Shown here: in pieces, positions 1-9,092 of the stretch
Layout: every line of letters begins with the position of its first letter
How positions within the stretch are numbered: the first letter of the stretch is position 1
DNA from: an uncultured Alphaproteobacteria bacterium
GTDB taxonomy: Bacteria; Pseudomonadota; Alphaproteobacteria; HIMB59; GCA-002718135
DNA: 64,000 nt
Direction: 5' to 3'
NCBI GenBank assembly: GCA_902585605.1
Contig: CACIED010000005.1
Location: 586 to 64,585 of the forward strand
The notes under the pieces: model-generated
What the model was told of the DNA's origin: nothing
What the model saw: only the letters and a program-made list of their open reading frames with translations
The model's database searches: none
Translations under genes and position numbers: made by a program

Positions 1-73
1 TATTCATATAATCTAAATTAATTTGACTTTATAATAATCAAAAATAAAACGAACTAAAAAGTCCGCATTATTT

Positions 74-391
74 TTATGAGATGGTCTTTGTTTTAGCTCC
101 TGCTATTATCGACGGTCCATCAATTACACCATGTTCTTTAGTAGTAAAGTTATCAAAGTTTTCATGAGTGGATAAAAATTCAAATATTGGACCATTTTTA
201 TATTTTTCCAGACTATCTTCATCTTTAAAAATATAAACTCCTCCATAAACATTATCATTTTCATCACCGATGAAGTATTTAGATATTAAACCTTCAACAC
301 TACGGAAATCCATCGCATCGATGTGGGCTTGAGCTTTAAAAGCATCTACCTCAAGTCCTTTTAAATTAAAGTTTATTATTAAAATTTTCAT
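74..391 (-). CDS. YdhR-like putative monooxygenase (dimeric alpha/beta-barrel, Dabb fold), 105 aa
   Basis: Intact 105-aa ORF. Its size and pattern (..EGLxxK...GGxYxFxDxxSxxxY..) resemble E. coli YdhR as I recall it. A 13-nt gap separates it from the next gene on the same strand. Confidence 0.55.
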   Translation of the reverse strand: MKILIINFNLKGLEVDAFKAQAHIDAMDFRSVEGLISKYFIGDENDNVYGGVYIFKDEDSLEKYKNGPIFEFLSTHENFDNFTTKEHGVIDGPSIIAGAKTKTIS

Positions 392-404
392 TAATTACCT
401 CTTT

Positions 405-1016
405 CTAATCCCAGTTAGATTCTAGAACTCTAGACAAATTAAAGCCATGCCATGTAATACCATCAAAAAAATTTTTATGATTTGCCCACACACCATCTTG
501 ATCAAGTTTATCTTGAGCCTTACCATAATCTTTCATGCTTTGAAAACGTATACCAAATCCCCAATTGTTCTGTGATCCTCTAAGTTGACCAACAGTGCCT
601 CCATTAGCTCCTGCATCCATCCAATATTTAAAAAATGTTTCTGAATCTTTTAGTATTAAATCTTCATCTTCATGACTAAAATTCCAGAATGCAAAACAAT
701 TTTTGACACCAGGATCTGGTTCCATATTATGTAATCTGGGAGTATAAAAATTCATTTTTTCCCATGATGTAATTTCAAAATACGGTTCCATTTCTTTTTG
801 GAAGTCTTCATCATAACTAATTTTGTCATCAATTTCTCCAAAATGTTCATTATTATTAAAACCTGCAAAAAAAGTATAAAGACCAGTATCTCTGCCTATA
901 TGATTTTGTAATGCGGTTCCTATAGATCCGTATTTTTCAAAATACTTTGTTGCCGTTTTATATGCATCAACAGCTTTAGATGCTGTAATTTTATAATCCC
1001 AATTTGCTACAATCAT
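405..1016 (-). CDS. Hypothetical protein with an apparent internal duplication of a Dabb/ferredoxin-like half
   Basis: 203-aa ORF. The two halves start similarly (IVANWDY... and CFAFWNF...), and each is followed by a helix-like segment (..YKTATKYFEKYG / ..SETFFKYWMDAG). No family recognised. Confidence 0.45.
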   Translation of the reverse strand: MIVANWDYKITASKAVDAYKTATKYFEKYGSIGTALQNHIGRDTGLYTFFAGFNNNEHFGEIDDKISYDEDFQKEMEPYFEITSWEKMNFYTPRLHNMEPDPGVKNCFAFWNFSHEDEDLILKDSETFFKYWMDAGANGGTVGQLRGSQNNWGFGIRFQSMKDYGKAQDKLDQDGVWANHKNFFDGITWHGFNLSRVLESNWD

Positions 1017-1104
1017 ATTTTCCTCCTTTGAAGATTAATATTTTAAGGTATTATGAAAATATTAATGAAATATTAAAAATATTTAATTTTAATAATAACT
1101 TGCT

Positions 1105-1956
1105 ATGACTGTGGATAAAATTATACTTGGTTACTGGAGCACTAAAGGTTTAGGATCCACTTCTAGGCAAATGATTATTTATGCTGGAGTTCCACTTGTT
1201 TCAAAGATTTATAGACTGATACCAAAATTAGAAAATAATTCCCTAACTTATGATGGTAGTGAATGGCACGAAAAAGATAAAATTATTTTAAAGAAAAAAA
1301 ATAGTTTAATCAATTTACCTTATTTACAATTTCGTGAAGGGGGAAAAGAAATAATAATTGCTCAATCTATTACTTGCCTATCTTTTCTTGGTAAAAAATT
1401 TAATATGTTTGGAGAAAATTCTAAAGAAGAATTAGCATGTAATCAATTACTTCAAGAAACAGTTGATTTAAGGAATATAGTTACAAGATTTGCTTATACG
1501 CATTTTGAAAATGAAAATGATGAGTTAACTGAAGCATCAACTGTTTTTAATCAAGCATTTGAACATTCAAATGTAGGGAAGTTACAAAAATTTGAACATT
1601 GGCTTAGTTCAAAAAGTAACGAAGAAACTAAACTATTTTTAATAGGTAATAATATTTCTTCACCTGATTTTAATTTGTTTGACACACTAGAACTTTATTA
1701 TGAATTTTTGAAACATTATAAATTTGCAAAAAATATAAACTCTGATAATTTTTTTGAACAATTAGGATTTCCTTTAGTTTCTAAATTTTTTATAAATTTT
1801 AAAACACTTCCTAAGATGCAAAAATATTTTAATTCAATGTTATATCAGTTTCCTTTCACAAATAAATCCGCTAAGTTTGGATCTGGTAAAAATGGAATAA
1901 CGTGGGATCATAAAAAAGAAATAGATTCAACACCTGATGAGATTGTTATTGATTGA
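1105..1956 (+). CDS. Glutathione S-transferase, mu/Sj26-class-like (283 aa, with insertions)
   Basis: Resembles mu-class and Schistosoma Sj26 GST over its full length. Shared elements: ILGYWxxKGL with the catalytic Tyr, W..K....NLPY, QSxxI, K.NM.GE, DLR....R.AY, L.G...S.PDF.L.D.L, FP....F....LP....Y, A.FG.G. Confidence 0.65.
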   Translation: MTVDKIILGYWSTKGLGSTSRQMIIYAGVPLVSKIYRLIPKLENNSLTYDGSEWHEKDKIILKKKNSLINLPYLQFREGGKEIIIAQSITCLSFLGKKFNMFGENSKEELACNQLLQETVDLRNIVTRFAYTHFENENDELTEASTVFNQAFEHSNVGKLQKFEHWLSSKSNEETKLFLIGNNISSPDFNLFDTLELYYEFLKHYKFAKNINSDNFFEQLGFPLVSKFFINFKTLPKMQKYFNSMLYQFPFTNKSAKFGSGKNGITWDHKKEIDSTPDEIVID

Positions 1957-1983
1957 TAAAATTAAGTTGATAAAACTATATTT

Positions 1984-2580
1984 ATGAAAGAAATAAATTT
2001 TTGGTTTTCAATTGGCAGTACTTATACTTATTTAACAGTCAATAGGTTGCATGAGGTTGCAGAAAAAGAAAATATTAAATTTAATTGGCACCCCTTTAGT
2101 GTAAGAAAAATTATGATGGATATGGATAACATTCCATTTACTCCACCAGCTAAAAAAATAAAATCAGATTACATGTGGAGAGATATTGAAAGACGAGCAA
2201 AATTTTATGGCTTTGAAGCTAAAGTACCAGCACCATACCCATTAAAAGAATTTGATTTAGCAAATCAAATTGCAATTCTTGGAATGAATGAAGGGTGGGG
2301 AGTTGATTATGTTTACAAAACATATCAAAGATGGTTTCAGCAAGGGAAAGAACCTGCAACAGAACCTAACTTAACAGAAATTTTTAAAGAACTTAACTTA
2401 GATCATGAAGAAACTATAAATAAAGCCAATGAACAGGAAATAAAGGATAAATACTTAAGTAATACAGAATATGCTTATAAAAAAGGAGTTTTTGGAAGTC
2501 CATCATTTATCTTTGAGGAAGAAGTATTTTGGGGAGATGATAGATTAGAAGATTGTATTAAGTGGATACGATTAAATTAA
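1984..2580 (+). CDS. 2-hydroxychromene-2-carboxylate isomerase family protein (DsbA-like fold, GST-kappa related)
   Basis: 198 aa. N-terminal FWFSIGSTYTYL (no CxxC) and C-terminal GVFGSPSFIF..E.FWG.DRLE are typical of the HCCA isomerase family. Confidence 0.75.
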   Translation: MKEINFWFSIGSTYTYLTVNRLHEVAEKENIKFNWHPFSVRKIMMDMDNIPFTPPAKKIKSDYMWRDIERRAKFYGFEAKVPAPYPLKEFDLANQIAILGMNEGWGVDYVYKTYQRWFQQGKEPATEPNLTEIFKELNLDHEETINKANEQEIKDKYLSNTEYAYKKGVFGSPSFIFEEEVFWGDDRLEDCIKWIRLN

Positions 2581-2672
2581 AAGTAATTTATTTTAATATT
2601 TTACATTATATAAAATTTTTTTGCAGAATCTTTATCTTTAATATTTAAATAAACTAATTCAAAGGAGTAAAA

Positions 2673-3041
2673 ATGAATCTTAGTTTACTTTTTAAAATTC
2701 AAGGCGTCGTCTTAATAATTAATGGTTTAGGATCATTATTTTTAGGATCTATTTGGATTGCACTTGGAACTGGTTGGGAAGCTACACCAGATTTAATTAC
2801 ATTTGGTCAATTTACAGGTGTTGTTCTTTTCGTTATTGGTATTTGGAGTTGGCGTTTCCCTGACATTGCAGCTGAAAATCTTAAATCAATTGGAATGTTG
2901 TTCGCCCTTGGAAGTCTTTTATTTACTGGAATAATTTTATTCCATATTGTTACAGGAGTAATCGCTGGAGCAACACCCTATGTAAATGTAGTTTTAACTG
3001 CATTATTTACATTAGCTTTTTACGTATACAGTAGAGCTTAA
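2673..3041 (+). CDS. Small integral membrane protein (about 4 TM helices), unknown function
   Basis: 122-aa hydrophobic ORF preceded by AAAGGAG 7 nt upstream and followed by a GC hairpin. Confidence 0.6.
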   Translation: MNLSLLFKIQGVVLIINGLGSLFLGSIWIALGTGWEATPDLITFGQFTGVVLFVIGIWSWRFPDIAAENLKSIGMLFALGSLLFTGIILFHIVTGVIAGATPYVNVVLTALFTLAFYVYSRA

Positions 3042-3045
3042 ATAT

Positions 3046-3074
3046 GCGGGCATTTGCCCGCTAAATTAATTTTT
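3046..3074 (+). terminator. Putative intrinsic terminator
   Basis: GCGGGCA-TTTG-CCCGC hairpin 5 nt after the stop codon, followed by a T-rich tract (TAAATTAATTTTT). Confidence 0.5.
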
Positions 3075-3106
3075 AATAAAATAAAAATTCTATTATAATA
3101 TATCTA

Positions 3107-3223
3107 ATGAAATTTTTTGAATACATCTTTCCTAAAGGTCGATGGTCTCTTACCAGAGTTGCTATCTTGTTTATTATATTCATGATATTAGATTTTATAG
3201 TTGTTTATTATAAAATTATATAA
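3107..3223 (+). CDS. Candidate 38-aa single-TM small protein (unannotated sORF)
   Basis: [53 protein letters not shown] lies 7 nt upstream of the ATG and there is no SD. Composition alone could produce this ORF. Confidence 0.25.
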   Translation: MKFFEYIFPKGRWSLTRVAILFIIFMILDFIVVYYKII

Positions 3224-3233
3224 ATTTAAATAA

Positions 3234-5048
3234 GTGGTTAGTGATTTATTATTTTCTCTTAGAGATGTAGAAATTAAATTTGGAAAAAAAATAATTTTTC
3301 AAGATTTAAATCTAAATTTACACAAAGGTGATATGATTGCACTTGTTGGTAAGAATGGTGTCGGAAAAACAACACTAATGAAAACTATAAATGGTGATCA
3401 AGATTTAGATTCTGGAGAATTATGGAGTTATCCAAATTTAAATGTTGGTTACTTCAATCAAAAATTTGAAAAATTAAATAACAAAACCATTCAAGAGAAT
3501 TTTTCAGACTTACTTAATGAACAAAATAAACATTTTGTTGATATATTTTGTAATAAACTCAATTTAGATAAACTTGCTAATGTTGAAAATCTTTCAGGAG
3601 GTCAAAAAAGAAAAGTTTACTTAATTAGATCTTTATTAAAAGACTCAGATGTTTTGTTATTAGATGAGCCTACCAATCATCTAGATTTGCAATGTATCGA
3701 ATGGTTAGAAAGTTATTTACGAAATTTAAATAAGACAATTATGTGTGTGAGCCATGATAGAACTTTTCTAAGTAATTTTACGAATAAAGTTTTTTGGATA
3801 GATAGAGGAAAATTACGAGTAAGTCCAAGAGGATTTAAGGATTTTGACAAATGGTCAGAGGAGTTACTCGATCAAGAATATAGAGAATTAAGAAATAGAA
3901 AGCAATTTGTCAACATTGAGCTCGAGTGGGCAAACAAAGGAGTAAAGGCGCGAGTTAAGCGAAATGAAAAAAGATTAAAAAGAGCGAAAGAATTAAAAGC
4001 AAAATTAGAAAAAGATGAAGCATCTTATAGAAGTGCAATAAAATCTTTAAGACCTCAAGTATCTAAAAAATCTACCGATCAATCTAAATTTATTGCTGAG
4101 CTCCAAGAAGTATTCGTAAAATATCCTAATCAAAGTGAATTTGTTTTTAAAAATCTATCTATCAAAATTTCAAAAAATGATCGTATTGGGCTTTTAGGTA
4201 ATAATGGGAGTGGTAAATCAACTTTTCTCCGGACCATTCTTAATGAAATTAAAATTACTAAAGGTAAAATTAAGTTGAAAAAAAATTTAGAATTTTCTTA
4301 TTTTGATCAGATGCGTAATGATCTTAATGGCAGAAAATCTATTAAAGATATCTTAGTACCCTCTGGAGGAGATTATTTAAAAGTTCAAGGAAGAGATAGG
4401 CATGTTTGTAGTTATGTGAAAGATTTTCAGTTTGATCCTAAAAATGTCAATCATACGATACAAACATTATCTGGAGGAGAGCAAAACAGATTACTTTTAG
4501 CAAAAGTATTAGCAAATCCCAAAACTGGACTTATTTTAGATGAGCCAACAAATGATCTAGATTTAGAAACATTAGATCTATTAACTGAAATGTTATCCAA
4601 TTATAATGGAACGTTATTAATAGTATCGCATGATCGAGATTTTTTAGATCAAACTGTAAATAAAATTCTACATTTTAAAGAGGATGGAAATGTATCATTG
4701 TTCTTTGGTGGATACAGTGATTTTTTGAAATCTGAAAATCAACAAGTTACTAAAAATAAAGAAACTAAAAAATCATATTCAGAAAACAACAAAGTAAAGA
4801 ATTCTAAAGCTAAACTATCATATAAGTTTCAATATGAATTAGAGCAATTACCAAACCAAATAAAAAATATTCAACAAGAATTAGAAGATATTAAAAATGA
4901 ATTAAAGGATACAAACCTATATTTGGAAAATTATGAACGCTATCAAGAAATAACTTCCAAAATGGAAGTTCTTAATAGTGATCTCAATACAAAAGAGAAT
5001 AGATGGTTTGAATTAATTAAAATGGAAGAGGATCTAGTTAGTAATTAA
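3234..5048 (+). CDS. ABC-F family ATPase (Uup-like, two ABC domains plus C-terminal coiled coil)
   Basis: Two Walker A motifs (GKNGVGKT, GNNGSGKS), two LSGG signatures (LSGGQKRK, LSGGEQNR), no TM segments, and a Lys/Glu-rich C-terminal coiled coil. GTG start. Confidence 0.85.
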   Translation: MVSDLLFSLRDVEIKFGKKIIFQDLNLNLHKGDMIALVGKNGVGKTTLMKTINGDQDLDSGELWSYPNLNVGYFNQKFEKLNNKTIQENFSDLLNEQNKHFVDIFCNKLNLDKLANVENLSGGQKRKVYLIRSLLKDSDVLLLDEPTNHLDLQCIEWLESYLRNLNKTIMCVSHDRTFLSNFTNKVFWIDRGKLRVSPRGFKDFDKWSEELLDQEYRELRNRKQFVNIELEWANKGVKARVKRNEKRLKRAKELKAKLEKDEASYRSAIKSLRPQVSKKSTDQSKFIAELQEVFVKYPNQSEFVFKNLSIKISKNDRIGLLGNNGSGKSTFLRTILNEIKITKGKIKLKKNLEFSYFDQMRNDLNGRKSIKDILVPSGGDYLKVQGRDRHVCSYVKDFQFDPKNVNHTIQTLSGGEQNRLLLAKVLANPKTGLILDEPTNDLDLETLDLLTEMLSNYNGTLLIVSHDRDFLDQTVNKILHFKEDGNVSLFFGGYSDFLKSENQQVTKNKETKKSYSENNKVKNSKAKLSYKFQYELEQLPNQIKNIQQELEDIKNELKDTNLYLENYERYQEITSKMEVLNSDLNTKENRWFELIKMEEDLVSN

Positions 5049-5055
5049 GCGACTA

Positions 5056-5844
5056 TTAATATGCGCTAGTATTATCAGATTTAGTATCTACATCTTTCAA
5101 TTCTTTTAATAAACTTTCAGCATGTGATGTCATCATTCTAAAATCAGAAAGTAAGGTGGTAAATTGAAAGCCATATTCCATCATTTCTTTCATATACTTA
5201 ACTGATCCATTATGAATTCCAGCAATCTTTCCTTTTTCTTTTGCTTTTTTTGCAATCATTTTTATGTTTGAAAATACCGGATCTTCACGAACATCAAATT
5301 TAGGTGGCAAACCATAAGAAGAACTCATATCTGCAGGCCCAATATAAATACCAGTTAAGTTTGGAACTGAAAGAATGGCATCTAAATTTTCTACTGCCTC
5401 TTTTGTTTCAACCATTGCTAAACTCACTATGTTGTTATTCGCATGCTTATGGTAATCTGATCCATATGCAACCTGAGCTCTCATTGGACCAAAACTTCTT
5501 TGTCCAATAGGGGGGTAATAACAATATGAAACAAACTTTTCGCAGTCCTCTTTTGTATTAATCATTGGTGCAATAATACCCTGAACTCCAAGATCTAACA
5601 TTTTCATAATAATTCCAGGCTCATTCCAAGGAACTCTTGTCATCGGAACAGTGTTACTATTTGATAATCCCTGAACCATCGCAATAGCAGTTGAATAGTC
5701 ATTTTGACCATGTTGCATATCAATTGTAACAGAATCCCATCCCATTTTTCCAAATGCTTCAGCTGTAAAAGAATTAGGAATTGATAGCCATGCATTTATA
5801 GATGCTTCATTTTTTCTCCATATGTCAAAGAGTGAGTTTTTCAT
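5056..5844 (-). CDS. HpcH/HpaI family aldolase (2-keto-3-deoxy-acid aldolase type)
   Basis: 262 aa. N-terminal pattern ..NAWLSIPNSFTAE..GWDSVTIDMQHG.. and overall size fit the HpaI/HpcH class II aldolases. Confidence 0.8.
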   Translation of the reverse strand: MKNSLFDIWRKNEASINAWLSIPNSFTAEAFGKMGWDSVTIDMQHGQNDYSTAIAMVQGLSNSNTVPMTRVPWNEPGIIMKMLDLGVQGIIAPMINTKEDCEKFVSYCYYPPIGQRSFGPMRAQVAYGSDYHKHANNNIVSLAMVETKEAVENLDAILSVPNLTGIYIGPADMSSSYGLPPKFDVREDPVFSNIKMIAKKAKEKGKIAGIHNGSVKYMKEMMEYGFQFTTLLSDFRMMTSHAESLLKELKDVDTKSDNTSAY

Positions 5845-5849
5845 AAAAT

Positions 5850-5867
5850 TTATTATTATTATTATTA
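5850..5867. repeat. (TTA)6 trinucleotide microsatellite
   Basis: Six perfect TTA units lie directly upstream of the aldolase start codon, in the divergent promoter region. Confidence 0.9.
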
Positions 5868-6005
5868 TATTTAAATATAATTACTATTAAAATTAACTCG
5901 TAAATATATAATTCTCAAACTTTAGAGGTATTTTGCCCTACTAAATACAATCAACTTGCAGTGATTTTAAAATTCTTTAATGTAATATTATTAAATGGAG
6001 GAATT

Positions 6006-7334
6006 ATGATTAAAACAGTAATAAGTTTTGTATCTGTAATTATTTTATCTACTTCTTTTTCTGCAATATCAAAAACCAAGGTAACTTGGTCGATGGAGTC
6101 TAATGCAGATAGAGACCCAATAATGATTGAAAAATTACAAAATGCTTACAACAATTCTCAAGGCAATTATGAACTCGTTATCGAATTTGAAGATAATGAA
6201 ACAAGATTAACTTCAATGAGAACTGCTATGATTGGTGGTATGGGTCCTGATATCGTCGAGACTCCTGGTCCATCTTATGTAAAAGAGTATCATGCAGCTG
6301 GTATGTTAGAAAATTTAGATTCATACGCTGCAGAATTTGGCTGGAAAGATAAGATGATACCTTGGGCTTATAGTTCAGGAGTTTTCGAAGGAAGTTTATA
6401 CGCAATTCCAAAAACTCATGAATCAATGGTTATGCTTTATAATAAAACTTTATTTGAAGAAAATAATTGGAAAGTACCAACAACATTAGAAGAATTAGAA
6501 GATGTTGCTGGCAAAATTAAAGCAAAAGGTATGAATGTATTTTCATATGGATCAGATGGATGGCAACCTACTCATGAACACCTTGTAGGAATTTATTTAA
6601 ATAACTATGCAGGTCCTCAAGCTGTATATGAAGCAATAATTGGTGAAAGAGAATGGACAGATCCTGTTTTTGTTGAAGCTCTTGAGTTACTTAAAAAACA
6701 TATGGTTGACGAGGGATATTGGTCTGGAAGCCTAGAAAATTATTATGCTATTGGATGGGATGATTTCCATGCTCAATTTGCTAATAGAGGGGCAGCTATG
6801 ATGACAATTGGTACTTGGACTTTTCAAGCAACACAATTAGGTATTGGTGCGAGCGGTGATGAATGGGGTTGGGCTCCACTTCCATCTCTATCTTCGCAAT
6901 CTCCAGATCCTAATTTTATGATTGCAATTGGTACAACTATGTCAGTTAATGCAAATGGTAAAAATAAAGATGGTGCGATAGATGTTTTAAACTGGATAAT
7001 GAGTAACAAAGACAAAGTTCTTGATATTGCTAAAGACTTTGAATTTGGAGAAATGGTAGTTCCATTAACTTTATCTAGCAGTGATATTCCAACTGATATT
7101 GCTCCTCAAGTTCAAGATTATCTAAGCGAATATGCAAGAATTACCGGCGAAGGTAATTATGGATATTGTACTTGGACTTTTTGGCCTGCTGACCCTGGTG
7201 TTCATATTTGGAAAGATATGGAAGTTGTATGGGCTGGCGATATATCAGTTGAAGATTTCTTATATGATCATCAAAAGATGTGGGATAAAGCTAGAAAGAA
7301 TGGCGACACTTTACCAGTTCCATTAAGGAACTAA
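6006..7334 (+). CDS. ABC transporter substrate-binding protein, carbohydrate (family 1) type
   Basis: Signal peptide MIKTVISFVSVIILSTSFSA. About 440 aa, Trp/Tyr-rich, typical of sugar-binding proteins. GGAGG sits 5 nt before the ATG at 6006, so the track's start at 5961 is probably an over-extension. Confidence 0.85.
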   Translation: MIKTVISFVSVIILSTSFSAISKTKVTWSMESNADRDPIMIEKLQNAYNNSQGNYELVIEFEDNETRLTSMRTAMIGGMGPDIVETPGPSYVKEYHAAGMLENLDSYAAEFGWKDKMIPWAYSSGVFEGSLYAIPKTHESMVMLYNKTLFEENNWKVPTTLEELEDVAGKIKAKGMNVFSYGSDGWQPTHEHLVGIYLNNYAGPQAVYEAIIGEREWTDPVFVEALELLKKHMVDEGYWSGSLENYYAIGWDDFHAQFANRGAAMMTIGTWTFQATQLGIGASGDEWGWAPLPSLSSQSPDPNFMIAIGTTMSVNANGKNKDGAIDVLNWIMSNKDKVLDIAKDFEFGEMVVPLTLSSSDIPTDIAPQVQDYLSEYARITGEGNYGYCTWTFWPADPGVHIWKDMEVVWAGDISVEDFLYDHQKMWDKARKNGDTLPVPLRN

Positions 7335-7347
7335 AATAAATATTAAA

Positions 7348-7371
7348 CAGTGAAGCTTCAAAGCTTCACTG
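7348..7371 (+). promoter_or_regulatory. Intercistronic stem-loop after the binding-protein gene
   Basis: Perfect CAGTGAAGCTT-CA-AAGCTTCACTG hairpin 13 nt after the stop codon with no U-tract. Such hairpins commonly stabilise or attenuate transcripts so that the binding protein is made in excess of the permeases. Confidence 0.5.
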
Positions 7372-7380
7372 TATCTAAAA

Positions 7381-8256
7381 ATGAAAATATTTTCTAATAA
7401 AAATTTTGTTGCTTGGTATTTTGTCTTTCCTGTTGCATTCATTCATTTATTTGTAATAGGTATTCCATCACTTGCAAGTTTAGCGTTATGTTTAACTGAC
7501 TGGAGAGGGCTTGGTGAAATAAATTATATTGGTTTTGAAAATTTTATAGAACTATTTGATGATAGATATCTTAAAAAGGCAATTATTAATAATGTAATCT
7601 GGACTATTGCTTTCCTAACTGTTCCAGTTGGAATCGCATTAACTTGTGCTTATCTACTTACAGGAATTAAAAGAGGCCAAATGTTTTTTCGACTTGCTTT
7701 CTTCTTTCCTTATATGCTCGCAAGTGTAATTAATTGTCAAATTTGGAAATATTTATTTCACCCAATTCATGGTCTCGGTGGTTTTTTTGAAAGGATCGGA
7801 TGGGAATTTTTAGCAGTATCTCCGTTTACAACAAAATCTACATCTTTATTTGCAGTAGCATTTGTTGATGGTTGGCATTTCTGGGGATTCCTTGTTGTTA
7901 TATATTTAACAGGTATGTATCAAGTAGATAATCATCTCTATGAAGCTGCAGATATTGAGGGAGCAACAAAATTTCAAAAATTTAGATACATAACTTTACC
8001 AATGATAAGACCAGTATTTATTTTTAGTATAATGATAATAATTATTTGGTCTGTTCCAGTATTTGATTATGTTTATATTTTAACGGGAGGTGGTCCCGCA
8101 TACAGCTCAGAAGTAATAGCAAACTATATGTATTCTCAAGCATTTGAGAGATTTGATGTCGGATACTCTTCAGCAATAGGAACATTAATGTTTTTTTATG
8201 TTATGATTATAGTTGCAATGTTTGGTCTTTTTAGAAGAGCCGGTTGGGATATCTAA
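7381..8256 (+). CDS. ABC sugar transporter permease (MalF/UgpA-like)
   Basis: 291 aa with 6 TM helices and an EAA loop (YEAADIEGATKFQKFRYITLP). Confidence 0.85.
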   Translation: MKIFSNKNFVAWYFVFPVAFIHLFVIGIPSLASLALCLTDWRGLGEINYIGFENFIELFDDRYLKKAIINNVIWTIAFLTVPVGIALTCAYLLTGIKRGQMFFRLAFFFPYMLASVINCQIWKYLFHPIHGLGGFFERIGWEFLAVSPFTTKSTSLFAVAFVDGWHFWGFLVVIYLTGMYQVDNHLYEAADIEGATKFQKFRYITLPMIRPVFIFSIMIIIIWSVPVFDYVYILTGGGPAYSSEVIANYMYSQAFERFDVGYSSAIGTLMFFYVMIIVAMFGLFRRAGWDI

Positions 8257-9092
8257 TGATAGTTGCAAAATATAGAAGAAGAGAAGTAATCTCCAATTAT
8301 ATAATACTAATTATATTTGCTTTGATAGCTATACTGCCTCTAGCAGTTCTTTTATTTAATTCAATTAAGCCTCAAATGGAGTTTGGAGTAAATCCACTTG
8401 GTCCTCCAAATGAAATTAGATTTGAAAATTTTAGTGAAGCTTGGGTTAAAGGAGAGTATGCTAAAGTTTTTTTTAATTCTTTAAAGTTAGTAGTTGGATC
8501 AGTATTTTTGTGCCTTGCAGTTTCACTTGCAGCGGGATTTAGTCTTGCAAAATTAAATCCAAAAGGATCTGCAATAATCGCTGTTTACCTTTTAGTTGGT
8601 ATAAGTATTCCTGCCCAGCTTTATATAGTACCATTGTTTTTATTATGGAAGGAGATACATCTTTTAAACACTCATACAGGTCTTATTATAATTTATACTG
8701 CTTTAAACGCCCCTTTTGCAACTTTTTTAATTAGATCTTATATGATAAGATTACCAGATGAGTTATTTGAAGCTGCAAGATTAGATGGAGCTAATACTTT
8801 TCAACTTTTTTTTAGGGTTGCCTTACCTCTTTCTTGGCCAGTTATTTTGACTGCAGGATTAATTATAGCTCTGGCAGTCTGGAATGAATTTTTATTTGCT
8901 TTAACTTTTATTAGCGAAGAAGGTTTTAAACCTATGGCTACTATATTATTTGCATTTCAGTGGAGGTTTGAAAATAATTACGCACTGCAAAGTGCATCAG
9001 CAATAATGATGGTTGCGCCTGTAGCAATTCTTTTTATGCTATTTCAAAGGAGATTTATTTCTGGGTTAACTAGTGGAGGTTTAAAAGGTTAA
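8256..9092 (+). CDS. ABC sugar transporter permease (MalG/UgpE-like)
   Basis: EAA loop FEAARLDGANTFQLFFRVALP. The ATG at 8256 overlaps the upstream stop codon by 1 nt (the first A of ATG is the last base of TAA). The track's start at 8244 is a non-ATG extension. Confidence 0.85.
   Translation: MIVAKYRRREVISNYIILIIFALIAILPLAVLLFNSIKPQMEFGVNPLGPPNEIRFENFSEAWVKGEYAKVFFNSLKLVVGSVFLCLAVSLAAGFSLAKLNPKGSAIIAVYLLVGISIPAQLYIVPLFLLWKEIHLLNTHTGLIIIYTALNAPFATFLIRSYMIRLPDELFEAARLDGANTFQLFFRVALPLSWPVILTAGLIIALAVWNEFLFALTFISEEGFKPMATILFAFQWRFENNYALQSASAIMMVAPVAILFMLFQRRFISGLTSGGLKG

Noticed and set aside
5850-5867. (TTA)6 microsatellite as a phase-variation switch for the aldolase or ABC promoters.
   Set aside because: Six AT-only trinucleotide units are unremarkable in DNA of this composition, and the repeat lies outside coding sequence. 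It is listed as a repeat feature only.
5961-6005. N-terminal extensions suggested by the ORF track. Affected starts: SBP 5961, permease 8244, GT9 20883, nuoB 39174, nuoF 42029, nuoI 46368, rpsB 62694.
   Set aside because: In each case an in-frame ATG further downstream has a better SD and/or gives the canonical family N-terminus. The extension overlaps the upstream gene or, for rpsB, a structured leader.
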